Assembly: GCF_009914755.1 (NCBI RefSeq)
Contig: NC_060947.1
DNA length: 64,000 bases
Strand: one strand, 5' to 3'
From: the human T2T-CHM13v2.0 reference genome, Homo sapiens
Part shown: piece after piece, positions 53,091 to 63,119 of the stretch
Layout of the letters: the number at the start of each line of letters is the position of its first letter
Position numbering within the stretch: the stretch's first letter is position 1
Notes under the pieces: model-generated
Database searches by the model: none
What the model was told of the DNA's origin: nothing
Seen by the model: the letters and a program-made list of their open reading frames with translations, nothing else
Position numbers and translations under genes: made by a program

Positions 53091-54439
53091 ATGCTTTCTG
53101 AAATATCATATTCTACCCAACATATATTCTATTCTTTCTTCCCTAGCATCCTTCCCTACCTCCTGGCCACAGCTACCATATCAAACTTAAATTTACATTT
53201 CAAATTAAGATTAGTAATCAAGCAAGCCCATAAATTTAAACCAACATTTCAGTAGCCAAGGTAAACATTTTTGGAACACTGCAGAAGGAGGATCGTGGAA
53301 TAGTTAAGGCAAAGATAATGAAAGCTATTTCCCAGAAAAAGATGGGAGAAACTAAATGATACATTTTAGCTTTATCCCAAAATTAATTTAGAATTTCTCA
53401 TTTTATAGTCCAATCATTCAAGTATTAAAAAATCCTTCTATACAAAATTTGTTATGAAATGTTTCATTCAGCCCAGGAGTGAAATTTTTCCTGTGTTCAA
53501 GAAAAAGTGAAAAGAAAAACAACAGATGTTGAATTATAGGAATAAAAATTTCAGATGGTTTATTTTCTTTGGAATTCATGTAATTTTAGGACAGATCCAT
53601 TTATTTAAATTACATTTTGCAGATGGGTTATCTGAGAAGAGATTATTCTTAGGAGAGGAGAAAAATACAATAAAAAAAGGAAATGTGACTTCTCTTCTGC
53701 TGACTCCTCATGTTTTTGGGCAAGAGCTTCCTCATGAATGGATTGTTTTCTTTAGCTACACTTGTACCAAACATGTCAAGGCCTTACCTCCACTAAAAAG
53801 CACACACACCTGCCTCTCGAACACCCGGTTGAATCAAATCCTTCTACTTTTGACAATCAAGTTTTCTTTTATGCAGGTTTGTGCGCTGTCATTCTCTGTA
53901 TGAGCTGCTTCTTCCGTGACAGTAAAGTTCAATTTAAGAAGAAAAAAATCCTGCATGCCTTTCATACTGAATAAACCTTCTTTTCTTACCTGATAAAGTA
54001 AAAAAAAAAAAATCTTAAGAAAGAACTTTGTGAATAATCTTGCTTTCAAAAGGGAATTTGCTGGAAGCAATTGTATAAATTCCAATCATACTTCCTTATG
54101 ACTGTTCTCTTCTACTCTATTTTTCTTGGGTGCTCTGGTATTTTTATTTGTCTTTTTTGGTATCTCAATCTCTCTGTTCCTCTTGATCTCTCTGTCTTCT
54201 ACCTCCATTTCAATTCCACCTTCTGATTCTCAGTCGTATTGGCTAACATATTTATCTCTGTGGTAATGAAACTTATGCATGACATGTACTTTCTCTCAAT
54301 AACAGACTTTCAGATTCAAAATCTAAAGCCTGTTTTGGTGTTTTACTGAAATTTAAAAGGAATTTAAAAGGAATGGGAAGCCCCTTAGCAACAAAATTGG
54401 CTTTTAACCAAGCTGTCTCTACCTATAACAATTTGCTTT

Positions 54440-54682
54440 TAAATATATTTTTAAAACTTCAATAGCTCTTGGGGGTACAAATGGTTTTCCATTACATGGA
54501 TAAATTATATAGTGGAAGGCTGATATTTTAGTGCATCCAAGTGTTGTACATTGTACCCAATATGTAGTTTTTTTATTCCTCACCCCTCCTCTACCATGCC
54601 ACCTCTGAGTTTTCATAGTCTATTACATCACTCTCTATGCCTTTGTATTCCCATAGCTTAGCTTCCACTTATAACTGAGAAT
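54440..54682 (-). mobile_element. L1PB3/4-like 3'-terminal fragment
   Basis: GGGGGTACAAATGGTTTT..TTACATGGATAAATTATATAGTGG, CCCATAGCTTAGCTTCCACTTATAA. Confidence 0.8.
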
Positions 54683-55085
54683 TAAAGAAAAGAACACAGG
54701 ATATACAAAACAAACAAAAAATTAATTTAATCCTGTGTTCTTTTCTTACCCGCTTATTCATGATTTTCGTTTGGTTGTTTCATGTAGTGGTAGCATTTAT
54801 GTCCTTTCTCTTTTAACTGGATAGGTCAACCAGAGACAAGATAATAAGAAAGTAGAAGACAAGATAAACAATATAGACCAAATAAACCTAACAGATATAC
54901 AGAACACTCCACACACACTCATTGGAAAAATACACATTTTTCTAAACTGCAGTTGGAACATTAGCCAGAATAGATTACATGTAAGGACACAAAACAAGTC
55001 TTATCAATAGAGAACCTGGGCATTCACATATTTGTGGAAATTAAACAATGTACTCTTGAACAATCCATGGGTCAAATATGAAAAA

Positions 55086-55567
55086 TTTCATGCACGTCCC
55101 TGTGAAGAGACCACCAAACAGGCTTTGTGTGAGCAATAAAGCTTTTAATCACCTGGGTGCAGGCGGGCTGAGTCCGAAAAAAGAGTCAGCGAAGGGAGAT
55201 AAGGGTGGGGCCGTTTTATAGGATTTGGGTAGGTAAAGGAAAATTACAGTCAAAGGGAGTTTGTTCTCTGGCAGGTAGGAGTGGGGGTCACAAGGTGCTC
55301 AGTGGGCAGGAGTGGGGGTCGCAAGGTGCTCAGTGGGGGTGATTTTTGAGCCAGAATGAGCCAGGAAAAGGACTTTCACAAGGTAATGTCATCAGTTAAG
55401 GCAAGGACTGGCCATTTACACTTCTTTTGTGGTGGAATGTCATCAGTTAAGGCGGGGCAGGGCATATTCACTTCTTTTGTGATTCTTTAGTTACTTCAGG
55501 CCATCTGGGCGTATATGTGCAGGTCACAGGGGATGTGATGGCTTGGCTTGGGCTCAGAGGCCTGACA
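55086..55567 (-). mobile_element. HERV-H 3' LTR (LTR7, 482 bp)
   Basis: Direct repeat of 60412-60862 plus an extra 31-bp unit. ATTAAA poly(A) signal on the minus strand at about 55144-55149. Confidence 0.95.
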
Positions 55568-55580
55568 TTCCTGCCTTCTT
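55568..55580 (-). other. Polypurine tract
   Basis: AAGAAGGCAGGAA immediately before the 3' LTR on the minus strand. Confidence 0.9.
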
Positions 55581-56229
55581 AATAAGAAAAATAAAACAAA
55601 ATAGTGTTGAAGTGTTGGGGCGGCGAAAAATTTTGGGGGGTGGTATGGAGAGAGAATGGGCGATGTTTCTCAGGGCTGCTTCAAGCGGGATTAGGGGCGG
55701 CGTGGGAACCTAGAGTGGGAGAGATTAAGCTGAAGGGAGGTCTTGTGGTAAGGGGTGATATTGTGGGGATGTTAGAAGAAACAGTTGTCATATAGAATGA
55801 TTGATGATGGCCTGGATACAGTTTTGGATGAATTGAGAAACTAAATGGAATAACAGAAGGAGAAAAACAGGTATAAAATGTCTAAGAATTGGGATGACTC
55901 AGGATATCTGATTAGAGAGTGCTTAAGGAGATTCAGCATAGTCCTGCCAGCAAAGATTATTTATTTACTTCAAGAGTTAAGAGTGGCAGTCTGGGGATAG
56001 CACCAGGAGATATCAGCTGTGATGGCTTGGAAAAGCAGTGTAAACTGGCAGTGTAAACAAGAGCAGGGCATGTATGAGTAGTTGAGAACGGTGAATAGGA
56101 GTATGACTAGACAGAAGATAGTAGGGATGACAAGTTTTTTTGGGGCACAGTCTGAGTTGGTCTGGTGTCTAGAATGAGACTGGGGCCTAATAAAAAGGAG
56201 CGTCTATACAGGAGCTCAAATGGGCTGTA

Positions 56230-57939
56230 CCCTGTAGCATTCCAAGGACAGGCCTGAATTCTGAGAAGGGAAAGTGGTAAAAGTATTGTCCAGTCCTTTT
56301 TAAGTTGGTGGCTGAGCTTGGTGAGGTGTGTTTTTAAAAGACCTTTAGTCCATTCTACTTTTCTTGAAGATGGAGGACCGTAAGGGATATAAAGGTTTCA
56401 CTGAATACTAAGAGCCTGAAAAACTGCTTGGCTGTTTTGACTAATAAAGTCCCTTCTGTTATCAGACTGTATTGAGGTGGGAAGGCTAAACTGAGGAATT
56501 ATGTCTGACAGAAGGGAAGAAATGACTGCGGTGGCCTTCTCAGAACGTGTAGGAAAGGCCTCTACCTATCCAGTGAAAGTATCTACCTAGACTAAGAGGT
56601 ATTTTAGTTATCTGACTCAGGGCATGTTGAGTAAAGCTAATTTGCCAGTCCTGGGTGGGGCAAATCCTCGAGCTTGATGTGTAGGGAAGGCAGGGGGCCT
56701 GAATAATCCCTGAGGAGTAGTAGAATAGCAGATGGAACACTGAGAAGTTATTTCCTTGAGGATAGATTTCCACGATGGAAAGGAAATGAGAGGTTCTAAG
56801 AGGCGGGCTAGTGGCTTGTACTATAGCATAACCTGCCTTTGCTGGTGTGTGGTGATTAGGCCTGGTGGAACTGCCATCAATAAATTAAGTGTGATCAGGG
56901 TGAGGAACAGGAAAGAAGGAAATTTGGGGAAATGGGGTGAATGTCAGGTAGATCAGAGAGATACAGTCATGGGGGTCAGGTGTGGTATCAGGAATAATGT
57001 GGGAGGCCAGATTGAAGTCTGGGCCAGGAACAACAGTAATTGTGGGAAACTCAACAAAGAGTGAGTATAGCTGAAGGAGCCGGGAAGCAGAAAGTATATG
57101 CATCAGGTATGAGAAAGAAAATAGATTTTGGAAGTTATGAGAACTGTAGAGAGTGAGTTGAGCATAGTTTGTGATTTTGAGGGCCTCTAAAAGTATTAAT
57201 GCAGCGGCAGCCACTGCACGCAGACATGAGGGCTAGGCTAAAACAGTAAGGTCAAGTTGTTTGGACAGAAAGGCTACAGGGTGTGGTCCTGGCTCTTGTG
57301 TAAGAATTCTGACCACGCTAACCATGCCTAGGAAGGAAAGGAGTTGTTGTAGAAGGTGCTGGGGTTTGAGAGATCAGTCGGACATGATTGGCAGGGGGAG
57401 CACGTGTGTTTTTATGAGAATTATGCCGAGACAGGTAACAGATGAGGAAGAAATTTGGGCTTGATTGAAGTAATGGGGGCTGTCTGTGAAGCTTTGCAGC
57501 AGTACAGCCTAGGTAATTTGCTGAGCTTGATGGGTGTCAGGGTCAGTCCAAGTGAAAGTGAAGAGAGGCTGGGATTAAGGTGCAAAGGAATAGTAAAGAA
57601 AGCATGTTTGAGATCTAGAACAGAATAATGGGTTATAGAGGCAGGTATTGAGGATAGGAGAGTATGTGGGTTTGGCACCACAGGGTGGATAAGCAAAACA
57701 ATTTGGTTGATAAGGTGCAGATCCTGAACTAACTTGTAAGGCTTGTCTGGTTTTAGGACAGGTAAAATGGGGGAATTGTAAGGAGAGTTTATAGGCTTTA
57801 AAAGGCCATGCTGTAGCAGGCGAGTGATAACAGGCTTTAATCTTTTTAAAGTGTGCTGTGGGATGGGATATTGGCGTTGAGTGGGGTAAGGGTGATTAGG
57901 TTTTAATGAGATGGTAAGGGGTGCATGATCGGTCGCCAA
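56230..57939 (-). pseudogene. pol: HERV-H pol remnant (RT N-half, RNase H and integrase fragments)
   Basis: QYPIP..PYNSPILPVLKP..LVQDL..YSVLDLKHAFFTIPL. Integrase-like DWQISFTQH and SSRKVE. Frameshifts, and no YxDD motif visible. Confidence 0.9.
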
Positions 57940-58092
57940 GGAGGGAGTAGAGGTATCTTATACTTGTGGGTTAAGGTTGGGGGATACAAGAGGAGGATGC
58001 AAAGGAGGCTTTGGATTGGGAAGAAGGGCGGCAATGAGATACAGCTGTAGCCCAGGAATAGTCAGGGAAGCAGATAATTTAGTTAAAGTGTC

Positions 58093-58317
58093 TCAGCCTA
58101 ATAAGGGAACTGGGCAGGTGGGGATAACTAAAAAGGAGTGCTTAAAAGAGTATTGTCTAAGTTGGCACCAGAGTTGGGGAGTTTTAAGAGGTTTAGAAGC
58201 CTGGCCATCAATACCCACAACAGTTATGGAGGCAAGGGAAACAGGCCCTTGAAAAGAAGGTAATGTGGAGTGAGTAGCTTCCGTATTGATTAAGAAGGGG
58301 ACGGGCTTACCTTCCAC
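58093..58317 (-). pseudogene. pro: HERV-H protease remnant with active site DTG changed to NTE
   Basis: FLINTEATHS..VVGIDG..FLVIPTCPVPLLG followed by a stop. Confidence 0.9.
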
Positions 58318-58349
58318 TGTGAGAGTTACCTAAAGCTCGGCATCCGTGA

Positions 58350-59569
58350 TGGTCTAGGAGGCTTCCGAGGCGATCGGGCGGTGTCAGTCTTCAGCCGGTA
58401 AGCCAAGAAGGAGTCAGTCAGAGAGCCTTGGGCCAGAGTTCCAGGAGCTCTGGGAGTGGCTGCCAGGTGAGTTGAACAGTCCGATTTTCAGATGGGACGC
58501 GGCTTAGGAGGAATCCCGGGCTGCGGGCATTCCTTGGCCCAGTGGCCAGATTTCCAGCATGTGTAGCAAGTTCCTGGGGGAGGAGTTTCTGGAGGAACGC
58601 CTGGCTGCTACAGTTCAGGCGTTTGGAAGTTCTTGTGTGCTGGAGATGTGGCTGGCGTTTGTCTCACAGTGGAGGCAAGGAATTGCAACTTTTTTCTGTT
58701 ATTGCACACCTTGAAGGTGAGGTTAATTGAGTCCTGTTGTGGGGTTTGAGGGCCAGATTCCAGTTTTTGGAGTTTTATTTAATGTGGGGAGCAGATTGGG
58801 TAATACAATGTATATTGAGAATAAGATGGCCTTTTGACCTTTTAGGGTCTAGGGCTGTAAAGCGTCTCAGGGTTGCTGCCAAACAAGTCATGAACTGGGC
58901 TGGATTTTTATATTTGATGAAAAAGAGCCTAAACGCTATCTGATTTGGGATAAAGAAAAAGGAGCATTAACCTTGACTATGCCTTTAGCTCCAGCCACCT
59001 TTTTAAAAGTAAATTGTTGGGCTGGTGGGGGAGGGCTAGTCACAGAATGAAACTGTAAGCTGGAGCAGGTGTGAGGTGGGGAGGCGATAAAAAGATTATA
59101 GGGTGGAGGAGTGGAGGCTGAGGAAGAATCGGGACCTAGCTCGTCCTGGGGAGGAAGGGAGAGGTCAGATGGGTCTGTAGAAAAGGAAGATTAGAAAGAC
59201 TCAGCGACGCTTGGGGTTGGGACTGAGGGGACAGGCGGGAGGGAAAGAAGGAAGATTTGGGACGAGTTGCACTGGGCACAGAGACTAGGAAGGGACTGAT
59301 GTGTAAAAGAATGCCTGGATGTCAGGCACCTCAGACCATTTGCCCATTTTACGACAAGAATTATTTAGATCTTGTAGGATGGAAAAATTGAAAGTGCCAT
59401 TTTCTAGCTATTTGGAAATACTGTTAAGTTTGTATTGGGGTCAAGCAGCATTGCAGAAGAAAATAAGACGCTTAGATTTTAGGTCAGGTGAGAATTGAAG
59501 AGGTTTTAAGTTCTTAAGGATACAGGCTAAGGGAGAAGAAAGAGGAATGGAAGGTGGAAGCTTGCCCAT
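58350..59569 (-). pseudogene. gag: HERV-H gag remnant
   Basis: Starts MGKLPPSIP at 59569 with a stop at 59441. CCHC knuckle [14 protein letters not shown] at about 58527-58568. The second knuckle appears partly deleted. Confidence 0.85.
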
Positions 59570-59649
59570 AGTGAAAGAGGCAAGCCCAGAGAAAAGAGTA
59601 GAGACACGGAGAAGGGGTGGGGGTTTCTTCCTCTCCAGAAAAGCAGAGA

Positions 59650-59977
59650 AAGGGTTGGGACACGGAAATAAGGGATTAGGGCACAAAGAGGTCAGGGTGC
59701 AGAAATAAGGGATTGGGGTGCAGAGGGAAGAGGTTGGGGTGCAGAAATAAGCGATTGGGGCTCAGAGATAAGAGGTTGGGGTGCGGAAATAAGCAATTGG
59801 GGGGTTCTTGCCCCCTAGGAAAGTGGGACTTGCCGCTAAGGGTGAAGGAGAAGGGGTTGAGGGGTACTTGCCCCTGCCCCAGGAAAGCGGGACTTGCCAC
59901 TAAGGGTGAAGGAGAAGGGGTTGAGGGGTACTTGCCCCTGCCACAGGAAAGCGGGACTTGCCGCTAAGGGTGAAGGA
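59650..59977. repeat. HERV-H leader tandem repeats: about 21-bp unit x7 (59650-59800) and 64-bp unit x2.5 (59817-59977)
   Basis: GRGRTTGGGGTGCAGAAATAA-like units. AGGAAAGYGGGACTTGCCRCTAAGGGTGAAGGA starts at 59817, 59881 and 59945. Confidence 0.9.
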
Positions 59978-60261
59978 CCAAGGCAGGCGTCCCTGTGTGG
60001 TCTGACACCCTTGAAATGTGAGTATATAATCAGAGAGGTGTCCCTGCAATGATTAAACACCAAGGGAAGGCTGCCTTCCCAGTCCATGACCGGCGCCGGA
60101 GTTTTGGGTTCACGGATAAAACATGTCTCTTTTGTCTCTACCAGAAAATGAAAGGAATTGAAATTAAGAGAAGGGAGAGATTGAAGTGTGGCACCAAGAT
60201 TGAAAGGAGAAAGAGGTTGAGGGATAGTGAGGGAGGTTGGAGAAGAGAGTAAAAAGAGGCC

Positions 60262-60270
60262 GCTTACCGG
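60262..60270 (-). promoter_or_regulatory. HERV-H major splice donor
   Basis: CCG/GTAAGC on the minus strand, about 145 nt downstream of the 5' LTR. Confidence 0.7.
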
Positions 60271-60391
60271 ATTTGAAATTGGTGAGATGTTTCTTGGGCT
60301 GGTCGGTCTGAGGACCTGAGGTCGTAGGTGGATCTTTCTCATGGAGCAAAGAGCAGGAGGACGGGATTGATCTCCCAAGGGAGGTCCCCCG

Positions 60392-60409
60392 ATCCGAGTC
60401 ACGGCACCA
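60392..60409 (-). other. Primer binding site, tRNA-His
   Basis: TGGTGCCGTGACTCGGAT is complementary to the tRNA-His 3' end ATCCGAGTCACGGCACCA. Confidence 0.97.
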
Positions 60410-60411
60410 AA

Positions 60412-60862
60412 TTTCATGCGCGTCCGTGTGAAGAGACCACCAAACAGGCTTTGTGTGAGCAATAAAGCCTTTAATCACCTGGGTGCAGGCGGGCTGAGTC
60501 CGAAAAGAGAGTCAGGGAAGGGAGATAAGGGTGGGGCCGTTTTATAGGATTTGGGTAGGTAAAGGAAAATTACAGTCAAAGGGGGTTTGTTCTCTGGCGG
60601 GCAGGAGTGGGGGTCGCAAGGTGCTCAGTGGGGGTGCTTTTTGAGCCAGGATGAGCCAGGAAAAGGACTTTCACAAGGTAATGTCATCAGTTAAGGCAAG
60701 GACTGGCCATTTACACTTCTTTTGTGGTGGAATGTCATCAGTTAAGGTGGGGCAGGGCATATTCACTTCTTTTGTGATTCTTTAGTTACTTCAGGCCATC
60801 TGGGCGTATATGTGCAGGTCACAGGGGATGTGATGGCTTGGCTTGGGCTCAGAGGCCTGACA
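60412..60862 (-). promoter_or_regulatory. HERV-H 5' LTR (LTR7, 451 bp), promoter/enhancer
   Basis: TATAAAA on the minus strand at 60540-60546. CCCCACCC GC/GT box. Two CACAAAAGAAGTG-containing U3 repeats. Confidence 0.9.
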
Positions 60863-61215
60863 AAAAATATGAATACAACTAAAAATAGGAAAATATATTG
60901 ATTGCTTCTTGGGAGTTTGTCTAAGATAAAGCAGTAATAATCTTTTTTGTGAAAAGTATTTATTTCGGAACAAAAGTGTTTTCAGAGGGATAATGGTTAG
61001 AAGGTAAAATTTACAATTTTAACGGAATGATTAGAAGGTAAAATTTACAATAAATGTTTGTGCTCTAGAATCTTAATTTAAATTATGCAAATCTGTGAAA
61101 TGATTAAGTAAATGGAAAGCCATAGCATTTATGAAAAATCCTATTTCACCTATTTGTTATAGCTTCTGATGAAAAGGTTTGCTGACATAGTGATTTTGGC
61201 CAGTTGTTTGAAGTA

Positions 61216-61355
61216 TTTCTTTTTTTTTCTTTTCTTTTTATTATTCTTTAAGTTTTAGGGTACATGTGCACAATGTGCAGGTTTGTTACATATGTATACA
61301 TGTGCCATGTTGGTGTGCTGCACCCATTAACTCGTCATTTAGCATTAGGTATATC
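61216..61355 (-). mobile_element. About 140-bp L1PA3/4-like 3'-terminal fragment, no TSD seen
   Basis: T tract then TTTAAGTTTTAGGGTACATGTGCACAATGTGCAGG..GTCATTTAGCATTAGGTATATC. Confidence 0.9.
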
Positions 61356-62075
61356 AACTAATTTAAAAATCTTAAGAGAAATAAAAATAGAAATACAATA
61401 TACCAAATCTTATGGGATGCAGCAAAATCAGTACTAAGAGGGAAATTTTAGAAAGTGGATATCTGCATTTAAAAGGAAGAACAATTTTAAATTAACAACC
61501 TAACTTTATACCACGAGGAACTAGAAAAAGAAAAGTAAACTAAGCACCAAACTTCATGCAAAGAAATAATAAAGATTAGAATAGAAATAAACAAAATAAA
61601 GAATAGAAAAACAATAGAAAAATATGAAACTGTGTGCTGTTTTTATTAAAGTTAGACTAAATTTACAAACCCATAGCTAGAACAGAAACAGATAAGATTC
61701 AAATAAATAAAACTGGAAATGAAAGAGAAGGCATTACAACTTATGCCACAAGAGAAGAAAAAGGATGATAAGAAACTACCATAACAATTTCATTCTAACA
61801 AATGGGAAAACTTAGAAGGAATGCATAAAGCCTTGAAATGAGTATTCTAGAAGCATCAACCTACCAATGCTGACTTATGCAGAAATAAAAAAATCTGAAG
61901 CGACTTATAACTAGTAAGAAGATTGAATCACTAATTAATAGATTCATTGCAATCCATAGAAAAATCTCCATGGAATTTTTTTGAGACACAGACAAAAAAT
62001 GTTTTAAAACTATATGGAATCTCAAAGAACCCTGGATAACAAAAACACACTTGAGGGAAAAAAAATAAAACAAAG

Positions 62076-62347
62076 TGTGGCTCATGCCTGTAATCCCAGC
62101 ACTTTGGGAGGCCAAGGCAGGTGGATCACGAGGTCAGGAGATCAAGACCATCCTGGCTAACATGGTGAAACCCCGTCTCTACTAAAAATACAAGAAAAAT
62201 TAGCGAGGCGAGGTGGCGGGCACCTGTAGTCCCGGCTACTGGGGAGGCTGAGGTAGGAGAATGGTGTGAAACCCGGGGTGCAGAGCCTGCAGTGAGCCGA
62301 GATCGCGCCACTGCACTCCAGCCTGGGCGACAGCAAGACTCTGTCTC

Positions 62348-62377
<30 letters not shown>
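62076..62377 (+). mobile_element. AluY (AluYe5-like)
   Basis: GGCGAGGTGGCGGG, GAGCCTGCAG, GGCGACAGCAAGAC (AG deletion). TSD AAATAAAACAAAG / AAATAAAACGAAG. Confidence 0.85.
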
Positions 62378-62384
<7 letters not shown>

Positions 62385-62693
62385 ACGAAGCTGTAATCCT
62401 CATACTTCCTGATTTTGAAACATATTACAAAGCTACAGTAATCAACAATATAATATTGGCATAAGACAGAAATGGATCAATGAAATGGAATAGAGGTCCC
62501 AGAAATAAGCTTTTATTCATATGGTATAATAGTCTTTTACAAGGGTACCAAGGCTTTACAATAGTGAAATAATTGTCTCTTCAACAAATGGTGTTGAAAC
62601 AACTGAATATCCAGCATGAAAAAGATTGAATTTGGACCCTTACTTTACATTGCACACAATGTATACATATATAAATTATGTATGCAAACGTAT

Positions 62694-63119
62694 TATGATA
62701 GTTAAGACTGAGTGTCAACTTGATTGGCTTCAAGGATGCAAAGTATTGATCTGGTTGTGTCTGTGAGGGTGTTGCCAAAGGAGATTAACATTTGACTCAG
62801 TGGGCTGGGGAAGGCAGACTCACTCTTAATCTGGGTGGGTACCATCTAATCAGCTGCAAGTGAACACAAAACAGGAAGAAAAATGTGAAAAGGCTAGACT
62901 GGCTTAGCCTCCCAGCCTACATCTTTCTCCCATGTTGGATACTTCCTGCCCTCAAACATCAGACTCCAAGATCTTCAGCTTTGGGACTTGGACTGGCTTC
63001 CTTGATTTTCAGCTTGCAGACAACGGGTATATTTTTATGTGTGTGTATGCATATATATACATATATATATATATGTATGTATATATGTACTGTCCCTCTA
63101 GAGAACCCTGACTAATAGA
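62694..63119 (+). mobile_element. MLT2A2-like 5' LTR of HERV-L
   Basis: GAGTGTCAACTTGATTGG..GGGCTGGGGAAGGCAGAC..AGCCTCCCAGCCTACATCTTTCTCCC..CTAGAGAACCCTGACTAATA. Confidence 0.85.

Larger units (their letters stand above)
55086..60862 (-). mobile_element. Complete HERV-H provirus, 5777 bp, of the common deleted type (pol deletions, env largely absent)
   Basis: Two LTR7 LTRs (TGTCAGGCCTCTGAGCCCAAG...CATGAAA on the minus strand), tRNA-His PBS, PPT, gag/pro/pol remnants. TSD AAAAA at 55081-55085 / 60863-60867. Confidence 0.97.
54815..62660 (+). mobile_element. L1M (L1MA/MB-like) ORF2 in pieces: 54815-55076, 61356-62075 and 62378-62660
   Basis: EN sequence ...AACAATCCATGGGTCAAA resumes as AATTTAAAAATC..ACCAAATCTTATGGGATGCAGC at about 61360. 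RT deleted at about 61937. Confidence 0.75.

Noticed and set aside
53526-53903. 125-aa ATG ORF in non-repeat DNA
   Set aside because: No recognisable domain, AT-rich low-complexity composition and no exon or promoter context. Consistent with a chance ORF.
58093-58317. Functional HERV-H protease or pol
   Set aside because: The catalytic DTG is NTE, there is a premature stop, and pol is frameshifted and lacks YxDD. This is typical of the deleted HERV-H majority.
60392-60409. Match to the tRNA-His 3' end
   Set aside because: It is the retroviral primer binding site, not a tRNA gene.
59836-60478. 208-aa and 104-aa ORFs over the HERV-H LTR and leader
   Set aside because: They lie in the non-coding leader, partly extended by tandem repeats. 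The longer one has a non-ATG start and neither shows a domain.
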